Shown here one piece after another: positions 26,427-35,810 of a stretch of DNA of 64,000 nucleotides. How positions within the stretch are numbered: position 1 is the first letter of the stretch; each line of letters starts with the position of its first letter. Below the pieces are notes generated by a model that saw only the letters and a list, made by a program, of their open reading frames with translations, was not told where the DNA came from and made no database searches. This stretch comes from Deltaproteobacteria bacterium SG8_13 (GTDB lineage: Bacteria; Desulfobacterota; Desulfobacteria; Desulfobacterales; SG8-13), in the NCBI GenBank assembly GCA_001303025.1, contig LJNK01000015.1:14374-78373 (forward strand), in the 5' to 3' direction. Made by a program: the position numbers and the translations under genes.

Positions 26427-29393
26427 CTATACCTTTTGAATAACTTTTTTCAAATAGAACACCGCCGGTTTGGTGTTCAGGTACCCCATAATCTGATAAG
26501 CCCGCGGGTCTTCTGCCAGTTTGCGCACCTTGCTGCCGGGATCCATCAGGTTGCCGAACGCCAGCGCCTCGGTCGGACAGGTCTGCACGCAGGCCGGAAC
26601 GATCTCACCGTCACGTATGCTGCGATCTTCATCTTTGGCCAGCCCGTGGGCTTGCTTGATGCGCTGTACGCAAAAAGAGCACTTTTCCATCACCCCCTTG
26701 GAACGTACGGTAACATTCGGATTGAGCTGCAGTTCCAGCGGCTCGGGCCATCTCCAGCTGAACCAGTTGAAACGCCGGACTTTATAGGGGCAGTTCTGGG
26801 AACAAAACCGTGTGCCGATGCAGCGGTTGTAAATCTGGTTGTTCATCCCCTCTTTATTGTGGTGGGGCGCATACACCGGGCACACCGACTCACAGGGCGC
26901 GTTGTCACAGTGCTGGCACATCAGCGGCAGAAAGACGAGCTGTCGCGCATCGTCGGGATCTTCGTAGCGCTCCACGCTGAGCCAGGCCATCTCGCGTCCC
27001 TGCATCACCTGTTTGTCTCCGACGATGCCGATGTTGTTTTCCGCGTAACAGCCCGCCGCGCAGGCGCCGCAGCCGATACAGCGGTCCATATCGACCGCCA
27101 TGGCCCACCGGTATCCTTCGTGCTGGTGGGGTGTGTAAAAATCCAGTTTGGGGTCATACCCCTCCGGCAGGGGCAGTACCAGTGGAAAATCGGACATGGT
27201 TAAGCCGGATTTTTTCTTTTTTGTCAGATCTGCTAACGAATCCAACCCGACGGTGAGGGCAATTTTCCGTCCATGTTGGCTCCGACTGCCGTCGGTGTTG
27301 GCCAGCTTCGCCTTGCGACCGGTTTTTGCCACCTGCACCCCGCCGGTAACAAAGTGCGGTCCGCCGGTTCGGGGATCCGTTTCCGCCGGCAGCAGCCGCA
27401 GGGGATTTGTCCCTTGTCCCTCGGCGTAACGACCGTAGGCCGTGTGGCCCTGCCCGATGCCCATGACCAGCATGCCGGGACGAACGCTATGGGTCAGGTA
27501 CACCGGTGCTTCCAGATTCCCCCGATCGGTTTTGACCTGTACCGACTCGCCGTGTTTCAATCCCTGCTGCTTGAGGGTGTCCGGGTGCATCATTACCGGC
27601 GTCTGCCATGCCACCCGGGTAATCGGATCGGGGATTTCACACAACCATGGCCGGTTGGCCCCGCGCCCGTCAAAAAACCTCACGGTCGGCACAGCCGCAA
27701 GGGTCAACCCCGAGGCATGCGGTTCGGCCAGCGTGGAAAACAGCTCCTCGATTTTTTCAGCAGCCGGCCCGCCGGCTCTGCCCTTGTATCGCTTCGGTTC
27801 CGGCAACTGGTGGATACCGCCTTGCTGAACGGCCTTGAGCCAGTCCAGTTCGCCATTTATATCGGCCCGCGAAAGCATCCTGCCGACCAGATGCCCCTTG
27901 TAGCCTTCCGCAGATCTTTTGTTGCCGTCCACCGTCTTCAGCAGCAAGTCTCCGAGCGTGGGGGAATCGGTCAGCCTTCCCATGGCCGGCTGCAAGGTGG
28001 ATACCGGGACCTGCTTGCCGCTGTACTCGTCCCAGGTTTCCAGAAAATGCCGCACCGGGAATATCAGGTCCGCCAGAACGGAAGTTTCGTCCATGAAGCT
28101 GTTGAATGCGACCGTGTAGGTGGCTGGATTGCTGATCGCCTTTTCGATCTCCCCACCGCCGGCAACTGCATACACGGGGTTGACGTTGTTGAGCAGCAAA
28201 AGCGCCGGGGGATCCTCTGCGAACTTTCGAAACGTTTCCTTCACATCGAAAAGTGACGCGGCGACCTCCACCCGGTGGCGCTGCTCGAAGTCGAAAAGCG
28301 AGAGATCCGGATCGAGGATCAGGTTCAACAGGTTGACCGCCACGTCGGTCTGCAGGGAATTCGAACTGCCGTTGCCGAGGCCCGCGCCCAATACCAGCGG
28401 TCGACCGGCCCGTCTCAGGGCCTCGGTAAGGCGCTCGAAGTCCTGGACCGATATGCCCGTGAGCTTTGAAACCGTGGCTTTGTCGTATGCAGACGCCGTG
28501 TTTCCCAGCTGATAGCGCAGTTTTCGACTTAAACCGGTCGGCCGGCCGAGTTTCAGGATCTCCCTTAGAAGCCCGAGCGCCACGACGGCCTCGCTGCCGG
28601 GTCGGCAGTCCAGCCACAGATCCGCATTGGCGCCGGTCAGCGTCTGGTAGGGGCTGACAAAAAAGAAGCGCCCTTTCCCGCCGCCGTCCAGCGCATGCAT
28701 CTGCATGAATTTGCGGGCATATTCCACCGGTGACAACCACGTGTCCAGAAAATCGGCACCGAAGGCAATCAGCAAATCGGCCTGCTGCATGCGGTAGGAA
28801 GGCAGGCCCCTGACGCCAAAAACAATTTCGTTGGCAGATTTCAACGACTCGTAGCCGAGAGGCTCAAAGACCAGCGGTGGGGCGGATTTGTATTGCGTCA
28901 GGGTTTCGGTGCAAAGCTGCAGGAGGGTGTCGCCGATCACCTCGGTAACCATGCGCACCCGATTATCTCCGCTGCCGGCTGCTTGTGCTGTTTTTTCCAG
29001 CAGCATCCCTTCGGCCTCTGCAAAGGTGATCGCGCGCCAGCCGCCGTCACTTTTAAGATAGGGGCTGCGCAGCCGGTCCGGGTTATAAACGCCCTGCAGG
29101 GCCGCCTGGCCGCGCATGCACAACTTCCCGCGATTCACCGGGTGAAGGGGATTTCCTTCCACTTTTATGAGCCGGCCTTCCCGGTTGCCGGCCAGAATCC
29201 CGCAGCCGGCAGGGCACTCCCGGCATGTGGTTGCATACCAGCTGGTTCGGCCCACCACCATGTCTTCCGGGGCGTGGATGAGGGAAAACAGGTTTTTTTC
29301 CGGTCGGGGGGCATTATAAGGATCGGGAGAGCAGCCGACAGCCATCGACACGCTTCCCATACCGACAATTTTCAAAAAGGTTCGCCGATCCAT
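26427..29393 (-). CDS. actB: Alternative Complex III subunit B (molybdopterin-oxidoreductase-like domain fused to Fe-S domain), Tat lipoprotein
   Basis: Tat signal MDRRTFLK with AVGC lipobox; KVEGNPLHP; CIGCGAC, CQHCDNAPCESVCP, YNRCIGTRFCSQNCP, RSKGVMEKCSFCVQRI. Confidence 0.92.
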   Translation of the reverse strand: MDRRTFLKIVGMGSVSMAVGCSPDPYNAPRPEKNLFSLIHAPEDMVVGRTSWYATTCRECPAGCGILAGNREGRLIKVEGNPLHPVNRGKLCMRGQAALQGVYNPDRLRSPYLKSDGGWRAITFAEAEGMLLEKTAQAAGSGDNRVRMVTEVIGDTLLQLCTETLTQYKSAPPLVFEPLGYESLKSANEIVFGVRGLPSYRMQQADLLIAFGADFLDTWLSPVEYARKFMQMHALDGGGKGRFFFVSPYQTLTGANADLWLDCRPGSEAVVALGLLREILKLGRPTGLSRKLRYQLGNTASAYDKATVSKLTGISVQDFERLTEALRRAGRPLVLGAGLGNGSSNSLQTDVAVNLLNLILDPDLSLFDFEQRHRVEVAASLFDVKETFRKFAEDPPALLLLNNVNPVYAVAGGGEIEKAISNPATYTVAFNSFMDETSVLADLIFPVRHFLETWDEYSGKQVPVSTLQPAMGRLTDSPTLGDLLLKTVDGNKRSAEGYKGHLVGRMLSRADINGELDWLKAVQQGGIHQLPEPKRYKGRAGGPAAEKIEELFSTLAEPHASGLTLAAVPTVRFFDGRGANRPWLCEIPDPITRVAWQTPVMMHPDTLKQQGLKHGESVQVKTDRGNLEAPVYLTHSVRPGMLVMGIGQGHTAYGRYAEGQGTNPLRLLPAETDPRTGGPHFVTGGVQVAKTGRKAKLANTDGSRSQHGRKIALTVGLDSLADLTKKKKSGLTMSDFPLVLPLPEGYDPKLDFYTPHQHEGYRWAMAVDMDRCIGCGACAAGCYAENNIGIVGDKQVMQGREMAWLSVERYEDPDDARQLVFLPLMCQHCDNAPCESVCPVYAPHHNKEGMNNQIYNRCIGTRFCSQNCPYKVRRFNWFSWRWPEPLELQLNPNVTVRSKGVMEKCSFCVQRIKQAHGLAKDEDRSIRDGEIVPACVQTCPTEALAFGNLMDPGSKVRKLAEDPRAYQIMGYLNTKPAVFYLKKVIQKV

Positions 29394-29530
29394 GGACCCA
29401 AATTCTCCGCGATCAGATTGGGTTAGCGGCTATCGCCGTGCCTCGCAGCCTCGTCGGATGTAACACGTGCCACTGAGCCACTAACATGTTCAAAATAATG
29501 AGAATCGAAGGCAGGTATGTACTTTATGGG

Positions 29531-29557
29531 GTTATAAAATATCGCCAGTGATGTCAA
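29531..29557 (-). promoter_or_regulatory. Possible sigma70 promoter of the act/cco operon
   Basis: TTGACA (29557-29552) and TATAAC (29536-29531) in an AT-rich patch; the spacer is only 15 bp, which is suboptimal. Confidence 0.35.
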
Positions 29558-29990
29558 GGATTGATGTTGGCCCCTGCCTGCGGTGGATTGCCGCCGGGTC
29601 CGATGCGGCAGCGGCCAGGGGTCCGGTTGCTGAGATGTATTTTCGGATGCTGCTTTCACAAGATCGGCGACGATCACAACCGATCGCAACCGTTGCAGAA
29701 GAACTCCTGCCAGGCGCGTCGATCAGCAAAGGGCGCCATAAGCGAAAATAATCGCGTCGGCATCGATAGATGCCTTCGGTGAAATAGATTGTGGGATTGG
29801 CCGTGTAAAGGCAACTGCTTTCGCAGACGAAAAAGGCCGGCAGATGGTACGGGGGGTGGGGGTGGATGGCCCCTTGAAATCCGGGGCCACTGTCGAACTG
29901 GCGGCGGCCAGCATTGAAGAATTCGCCCGGATCAAATCCTGACTCGGTTGAACCCGGATAAAAAAATATTCATCCACTCGGTGGAAAGAT

Positions 29991-32492
29991 TCACGAACCT
30001 GTGGCCAGGTTGTTGCTTCGGAAACGCATATTGATCTCCAGTCTTTCCAGCGAAAGCTTCAGCACGTCACGCACCTGGGGCCGCTCCTGCAAATAGTTGT
30101 GGGCAAAGCGCTTGGCCTCCTCGGCCTGACGGACTCCAACCGCTGGAAATATGGCGGTAATGACACGCTCGTAAAGCAGGGGGTGAAACTTTTCCAATTC
30201 TGCCTGGTTGGCCAGGTACCAGTCCCACAGCAGGTCTGCAGCACACGGATTGCCGGCCATGGCCGCTATCGGGATAAATTTGTTCCGATCGGGCACTTCG
30301 TCCAGGGCGAATTGCAGGATTTCTTCGATTTGGGCCCGCTGCCTGAAACTTCCCATCGCAGCGAGAATGTTCAGCCGCTCGTGCTCACTTTCGGAATGTC
30401 GAAAACGCGTCAGGATCCAGTCGAGCTCCTTTGCCGCGCCCCGCAGCGCACCCACCTGGAAAACGGCCTTTTGTATGTCGGGATGAACCGCCTCATTTTG
30501 GGTGCGCAATGCGACGAATTTCTGATGGGCAAAGTCGGCAATACTGGCAGAGCCGAACATCGCCGCAGGCAGGATGATTTGATCGCGCATCAAAGAGGCG
30601 GTGAAGGGCTCATTTGCTGCCGGTTCGAAACCGGCCTGGTTGAGAGCGTTTTCGAGTATCGCCTTTCCCACGGCGGCCACCTTCCGCCGGCCGCCTTCTT
30701 CCAGCAGAAGGTAGGCCTGCAGAAGGTTATTGGCGATGCTCACAACAGGAAGATACGCTTTTTCCTGCCGGTAGGACTGCAGGAAACGCAGATAGGCATC
30801 CAATCCGACCTGCCCACTTCTGACCAGGGCGTACAGATCGTTCTGCAATCCCCAGCGATCCTCCGCCGGAAGATTGCGGTTCTCTATATACGATGAAAGA
30901 GATGCCAGCGCCTCGGTGTCATCGTAACAGGTTCGGTAAAAGCCATTTTGCCCGGCATTGATCTTGTAGGCCACCGGTTCTTGATCTAACGCCACTATCT
31001 GCTCTTTCTCCGTCAACAGGGTCTGCACAATTTGTGATTCTCCGCTGGATGTGAACAGCGCAATGTTGACAGGAATGTCCCAGCGTTGATCGAATGAACT
31101 GGGCAGGTAGGAAAACCGCTGCTGTTTCAAAAAGAGCTTGCCACCTTCCTTGCGAACGCTTACCAGCGGATAACCCGGCTGTTCTATCCAGCTTTTCATC
31201 ATCTTTTTGATCGGTTGTTCGGACACGGCCTCAAATGCTTCCCAAAGGTGATGACTGGCGGCATTCCCATAGGCGTGGCTCTCAAGGTAACGGGTCAGCC
31301 CGTTTCTGAAATTTTCATCTCCGATGTAGCCCTTGACCTGCCGCAGAATGCTGCCTCCCTTGCTGTAGATGATCGGGGCGGTGCTGGAGTTGATCACCAC
31401 ATGCTCACCGCCGGGGATTTCAATGGCAAAGGTTTCATGCATGCCGTCTCTGGCCAGTGCGGTGTCGGTCTGCCCCCCTAAAAACTGCTCCCAGATGCCC
31501 CACTCCGGGTGGTGGCGGTCCACGACCCCGTATCCGAAAAATGTGGCAAAGCTCTCGTTGAGCCAGAGGTATTCCCACTTGGAAGGCGTTACCAGGTTCC
31601 CGAACCACTGGTGGGCAATCTCGTGGGCGATCACCTCACAGATCCGCTCTTCTCCCGAGCGTGAGGTGATGTTCGGATAATGCAGCAGCAGGTTTTCACG
31701 GAAGGTGATCGCTCCCCAGTTTTCCATTGCGCCGAAGGCAAAGTCGGGGATGGCAATCAGATCCATTTTTGGCAGCGGGTACGGGATCCGATAGTATCGT
31801 TCACAGAACCCGAGCGCTTTGCGTCCGAAGTCCAGGCCGTATGCGGCATACCGGGACATCGCCGGCAGGGTGACCGCCCGCACCCGACCATCGGTTTCGT
31901 CCTGGACGATTTCAAAAGCGCCGACGCCGAAGAACAGTAAATAGGTGGACATCCGGGGAGTCTGGGTGAAATGAACGCGCTTTTTGCCGTCTCCGACATT
32001 CACCTCTTGCTTGACGATACCATTGGAAATGGCCACCAGGTCCTTGTCGACGGTCATCACCACTTCGAAGGTCGCCTTTTTCTGCGGATGATCCTGGCAG
32101 GGAAACGCCCTGCGGGCGTCGCTTTCCTGAAACTGCGTGACTGCGATATAGCGGGCCTGGCCGTCAGTCCGGTAGCCGCTGCGGTAAAAGCCGGCCATCC
32201 GGTCATTGATCGATCCACTGTATTCAATTCTCATCCGAATGTCACCATCCAGCGGCTTCGGCAGCCGGATGCGAAGCTGTTCCTTTTCGGGCTCCAGGGT
32301 TGCGGCACAGCTCTCCCAATTGTCGTTGACCCGCACGCTGCAGGAGAAAATGTCCAGATCCAATGCATGCAGCAGAACCTCGTGGGCCGGCTGCGTCATT
32401 TCGCCCGATATATCGACCTGGCCCAGGAAACGGAAACTGGTGAGATCCGGTGTAAGGGAAATTCGGTAGTGGGTGGGGACAAAATCGTTCAT
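29991..32492 (-). CDS. pepN: M1 family zinc aminopeptidase (PepN/puromycin-sensitive type with ERAP1-like C-terminus)
   Basis: TQFQESDARRAFPC, GAMENWG, HEIAHQWFGNLVT, WLNESFA, IYSKGG; GGAGG RBS. Confidence 0.93.
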   Translation of the reverse strand: MNDFVPTHYRISLTPDLTSFRFLGQVDISGEMTQPAHEVLLHALDLDIFSCSVRVNDNWESCAATLEPEKEQLRIRLPKPLDGDIRMRIEYSGSINDRMAGFYRSGYRTDGQARYIAVTQFQESDARRAFPCQDHPQKKATFEVVMTVDKDLVAISNGIVKQEVNVGDGKKRVHFTQTPRMSTYLLFFGVGAFEIVQDETDGRVRAVTLPAMSRYAAYGLDFGRKALGFCERYYRIPYPLPKMDLIAIPDFAFGAMENWGAITFRENLLLHYPNITSRSGEERICEVIAHEIAHQWFGNLVTPSKWEYLWLNESFATFFGYGVVDRHHPEWGIWEQFLGGQTDTALARDGMHETFAIEIPGGEHVVINSSTAPIIYSKGGSILRQVKGYIGDENFRNGLTRYLESHAYGNAASHHLWEAFEAVSEQPIKKMMKSWIEQPGYPLVSVRKEGGKLFLKQQRFSYLPSSFDQRWDIPVNIALFTSSGESQIVQTLLTEKEQIVALDQEPVAYKINAGQNGFYRTCYDDTEALASLSSYIENRNLPAEDRWGLQNDLYALVRSGQVGLDAYLRFLQSYRQEKAYLPVVSIANNLLQAYLLLEEGGRRKVAAVGKAILENALNQAGFEPAANEPFTASLMRDQIILPAAMFGSASIADFAHQKFVALRTQNEAVHPDIQKAVFQVGALRGAAKELDWILTRFRHSESEHERLNILAAMGSFRQRAQIEEILQFALDEVPDRNKFIPIAAMAGNPCAADLLWDWYLANQAELEKFHPLLYERVITAIFPAVGVRQAEEAKRFAHNYLQERPQVRDVLKLSLERLEINMRFRSNNLATGS

Positions 32493-32626
32493 TCAAACCT
32501 CCAGGTCATGGCTTTTACCGATGACAAACATAAGACCTGGAGGCAAAACCGTCAATTCACTGCCACAGGGCTTTGAAATTGCGGCAGGCCGGGGTTTTTC
32601 TACCGGACTATAGTCGAAGGGCACCG

Positions 32627-34645
32627 CTACCGGCCGGACTGGCTCCGGTTGAACACCAGGGCAATGCTCAAGGCGGAGGCGATCGAACACAACAGATTTT
32701 CATCCTCATCGGTAAAGCCCTGGCCGTTCTTGTTGAGGACTTCGAGAACGCCTATCACCTTTTTATAAGTAACCAGGGGGACGCAGAGTACCGACCGGGT
32801 GGTAAAGCCGGTCTGCTGATCGATCTCCCGGAACAGAAGAGGCGATTTCTGGGCGTTATTGACGGTCATCGGCTTGGCTTTGGCCGCAACGGTCCCGGCA
32901 ATCCCCTGGCCGATCTTCAACTGGAATTTCTTGACAGTCCCGGTAGCGGCATTAAATGACATGGCCAACTTCAGGTGGTCTTTTTCTTTTAGAAACAACG
33001 AGCCGGCCTCTACCTGCAAGATGGTGCGAATCCGATCCATCACATACTTGAGCAGCGGCTCGATTGTCATGACCCCGGATAACACCGCCTTTCCAATGTA
33101 CTGGACGGTCTCAGCCGTCTGCCGGCAGCTGGAAAGCCCCTGCTGAAGCTGCCCCCTCTCCAGTGCCAAGGTCAGCGCACCGGTGATCCATTCCAACTGC
33201 GGGCCACAATCGTTGAATTGCCCCTCCTTACCAGCGGTCAGGATCAACAGGACCGGGCTGCCACCGTCGCCGTCGAGCGGAACCAGCAGGCAGGATTTCA
33301 TTTTCAGCCGGTCGAGCAGTTTCTGTTCGACGGAGCCGGGCTGCAGATCCGACAAGCTCAGCGCCGCCGGGGCCTTGCCTTCCAGCACTCGGGCGATCAG
33401 TGTATTTGAGATCGGCATGATGGTACTGGTGGCAACGACCCGCTGATCGCTGTAAATCAGGTTGCTGATACGCAGTCCATCGGCTCTGCCCTCAACCGGC
33501 GTCAGCAGTATCGCCACATCCACCGGCACTGTGGCCCCGACTTTCTGGATCAGGGCAGCTACCACCTCGGCACAGGTATGGTTCGTACGGGCCGTTTCCG
33601 CGATTTCCGCCGGCTGCAGAAAGCTTCCAACGTCAAATTCCGGCTGCGGTTCAGGCTTCACCTCAGGCTGCAGTTCGGGCTGCGGTTCGGGCTGCGGTTC
33701 GGGCTGTGCATCGGGCTGCGGCTGGGCTTCCTTCAGTTCGGCAACCGCCGGCTCTTCCTTCAGGATGTCCAGCACATTGTCCAACTCGGTGGTAAAGGTA
33801 TCGTCTTCCGGCCCGAAGATGGGACCTGAATCGTCGGGATCGGATTTTATGACCTTTACGTTGTTCGACCGGGCGGCCGGCGGTTTCTCCTTTTTCTGAT
33901 CGACCGGCTGGTCTAATTCTAAAGGCGGTTCGTCCCCGTCGTCTTTTTCCAGACCATCTTGCGCCGCCCGTGCTTCGTCTTTTTTTCGCAGCCCCTCCAT
34001 TACCACCGACATCAGCCCTTTTTCGATCCGCCTTTTCGGCCTGTTCTGGGGCAGATCCTTGATATACAGGTGGGTGTTTTCCCAGGCGATCATCTCGTAA
34101 GCCGCTTCCTCTCCGGACAGTTCTCCGCACGCGGCATCGTGCAGTTCGCCGCGGACAAGAAAAAAGCTCCCGCGCTGCTGGCCGTTTGCGTGGACATCGA
34201 TCCGGCAACTCTTCTCCTCCATCTCGATGATCTGCAAAAAGCTGCTCAGTGACACGCAGTTCAATGAGCCGCCTTTGTGGGCCTGGTCCAGCCCGTTGAG
34301 AACCGACTGGGCGAGCAGATCGAGATTGACCGGTTTGTCCATCACCCGCAGCGCACCGAGCCCCTTGAGCTTATTTTGAATTTCCGGCGTGCAGTATGCA
34401 CTCACCGCGATGGTGGGTACAGAAGGAAACTTGTTGCTCATGTAAGCGATCAGTTCGATCCCGTCCATCTCCGGCATCTTCAGATCGGTGACCACCAGGT
34501 CGATGTCTTCGGCCTCAAGGACCTTGACCGCTTCTTTTCCGTTCCCGGCGGTAAAGACATTGAACCGATCCTTGTAGTCTTCGAAGCGGCCGGTCATGAT
34601 CATCAATAGGGTTTTTTCGTCATCGACGACTAATACGTTTTGCAT
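32627..34645 (-). CDS. Response regulator REC-DUF4388(PatA-N)-acidic/Pro linker-GAF-GAF
   Basis: VLVVDDE, TDLKMP, KP receiver; SLSSFLQIIEMEEKS...GELHDA..GEEAAYEMIAW (DUF4388-like); C-terminal GAF with GIAG...VLCVPL...NK..F..ED. Start ATG 34645 after GGGAG. Confidence 0.85.
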   Translation of the reverse strand: MQNVLVVDDEKTLLMIMTGRFEDYKDRFNVFTAGNGKEAVKVLEAEDIDLVVTDLKMPEMDGIELIAYMSNKFPSVPTIAVSAYCTPEIQNKLKGLGALRVMDKPVNLDLLAQSVLNGLDQAHKGGSLNCVSLSSFLQIIEMEEKSCRIDVHANGQQRGSFFLVRGELHDAACGELSGEEAAYEMIAWENTHLYIKDLPQNRPKRRIEKGLMSVVMEGLRKKDEARAAQDGLEKDDGDEPPLELDQPVDQKKEKPPAARSNNVKVIKSDPDDSGPIFGPEDDTFTTELDNVLDILKEEPAVAELKEAQPQPDAQPEPQPEPQPELQPEVKPEPQPEFDVGSFLQPAEIAETARTNHTCAEVVAALIQKVGATVPVDVAILLTPVEGRADGLRISNLIYSDQRVVATSTIMPISNTLIARVLEGKAPAALSLSDLQPGSVEQKLLDRLKMKSCLLVPLDGDGGSPVLLILTAGKEGQFNDCGPQLEWITGALTLALERGQLQQGLSSCRQTAETVQYIGKAVLSGVMTIEPLLKYVMDRIRTILQVEAGSLFLKEKDHLKLAMSFNAATGTVKKFQLKIGQGIAGTVAAKAKPMTVNNAQKSPLLFREIDQQTGFTTRSVLCVPLVTYKKVIGVLEVLNKNGQGFTDEDENLLCSIASALSIALVFNRSQSGR
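33641..33726. repeat. Imperfect 12-bp tandem repeat (GGCTGCGGTTCG) encoding a QPEP linker
   Basis: About 7 degenerate units giving QPQPDAQPEPQPEPQPELQPEVKPEPQPE. Confidence 0.8.
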
Positions 34646-34752
34646 GGTCTTACTCCCCATCTGCCCGCTTGAAATCGCAAACATTTCCCGGCGGGCAGAA
34701 ATTGGCTGACCTGATCATTTCAATTATCAATCACAAATCCCCTGTCGGTCTT

Positions 34753-35733
34753 TTAATTCCTGGGAGCGTCCTCTGGCTTTGCCGTCCACACAGAGTTGCG
34801 CCCGAGTTTCTTGGCCCGGTACATGGCCCTGTCGGCCCGTTCCACCAGCTCCGGTCTGTCTGCACCGTCTTCCGGAAACGAGGCAATCCCCACGCTGATT
34901 GTCACTTTTTTAAGCGGCTGGCTTTCGCGTCCCGAAAAGGGGAAATTCTCGATATAGCGGCGCAGCTTCTCTCCAATAACGGCAGCGTTTTTCTTCGGCG
35001 TGGCCGGCATCATGATGACGAACTCTTCCCCGCCGTACCGCGCGACAATGTCGGAGCGCCTCGTCGCTTTCAGCAAAATCTCTCCGAGTTTTCGAAGCAA
35101 TCGGTCGCCTTCCAGGTGCCCGTTGGTGTCGTTGTAGTGCTTGAAGTGATCCAGGTCGAGAAAAAGGAGCGAAAAAACCTCACCGTGGCGCTCCGCCCGG
35201 AGAATTTCGTTTTGGATCACATCCTGGAAATAACGATGATTGTAAAGCCGGGTCAGCCCATCCCGGCATGCCAGATCCTTCAGAATCCGGTTCGCTCTTT
35301 CCAGTTGACTGTTTTTCTGCGCGAGCGATTCCACCAGGCTGCGATTTTCCCGGGTCAGGATCACCTTTTCCAGGGCCCGGCGGGCGGCGGCGGAGATCAG
35401 GTCCAGATCTTCGAACGGCTTGAACAGGTAATCGTACGCACCGTGGCGCATGGCCGAAATGGCGGTTTCCAGAGACGCGTGGCTGGTGATGATGATCACC
35501 TGCGTGTCGCTGTAACGCGCTTTTATCTCCTCCAGCAGCTCCAGTCCGGTCATCCCCGGCATCTTGATATCGGTAATCACCAGCGCAAAAGATTCTTTTT
35601 TCATGATCTCCAGCGCCTGCTCCGCGTTGGCGGCCGATTCGACGGCATGTCCGTCATCGGAGAGCACCTGATATAAAACACTGCGAACCGTGTCTTCGTC
35701 ATCTACAACGAGTATGCGATCTTCTTCAGCCAT
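34753..35733 (-). CDS. Response-regulator diguanylate cyclase (REC-coiled coil-GGDEF, WspR/PleD-like)
   Basis: Receiver VVDDE/TDIKMP/KP; DGLTRLYN, DLDHFK, NDTNGH, I-site RRSD, active site RYGGEEF. Confidence 0.95.
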   Translation of the reverse strand: MAEEDRILVVDDEDTVRSVLYQVLSDDGHAVESAANAEQALEIMKKESFALVITDIKMPGMTGLELLEEIKARYSDTQVIIITSHASLETAISAMRHGAYDYLFKPFEDLDLISAAARRALEKVILTRENRSLVESLAQKNSQLERANRILKDLACRDGLTRLYNHRYFQDVIQNEILRAERHGEVFSLLFLDLDHFKHYNDTNGHLEGDRLLRKLGEILLKATRRSDIVARYGGEEFVIMMPATPKKNAAVIGEKLRRYIENFPFSGRESQPLKKVTISVGIASFPEDGADRPELVERADRAMYRAKKLGRNSVWTAKPEDAPRN

Positions 35734-35810
35734 AGTCCTCTTCGTTTCTTCAGCGCGGTCGGTGTGCTTTTCGTTCCTCGATTCCTGTGGTTGCCGCCGG
35801 GTTAACAGGT

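Noticed and set aside
29400-29990. Short ORFs and a G-rich run (GGGGGGTGGGGGTGG, ~29851) between actB and pepN
   Set aside because: No RBS, start or motif support; only two long G-tracts, so weak as a quadruplex or phase-variation tract.
33641-33726. Short tandem repeat considered as CRISPR-like
   Set aside because: 12-bp in-frame coding repeat without spacers; no cas genes in the window.
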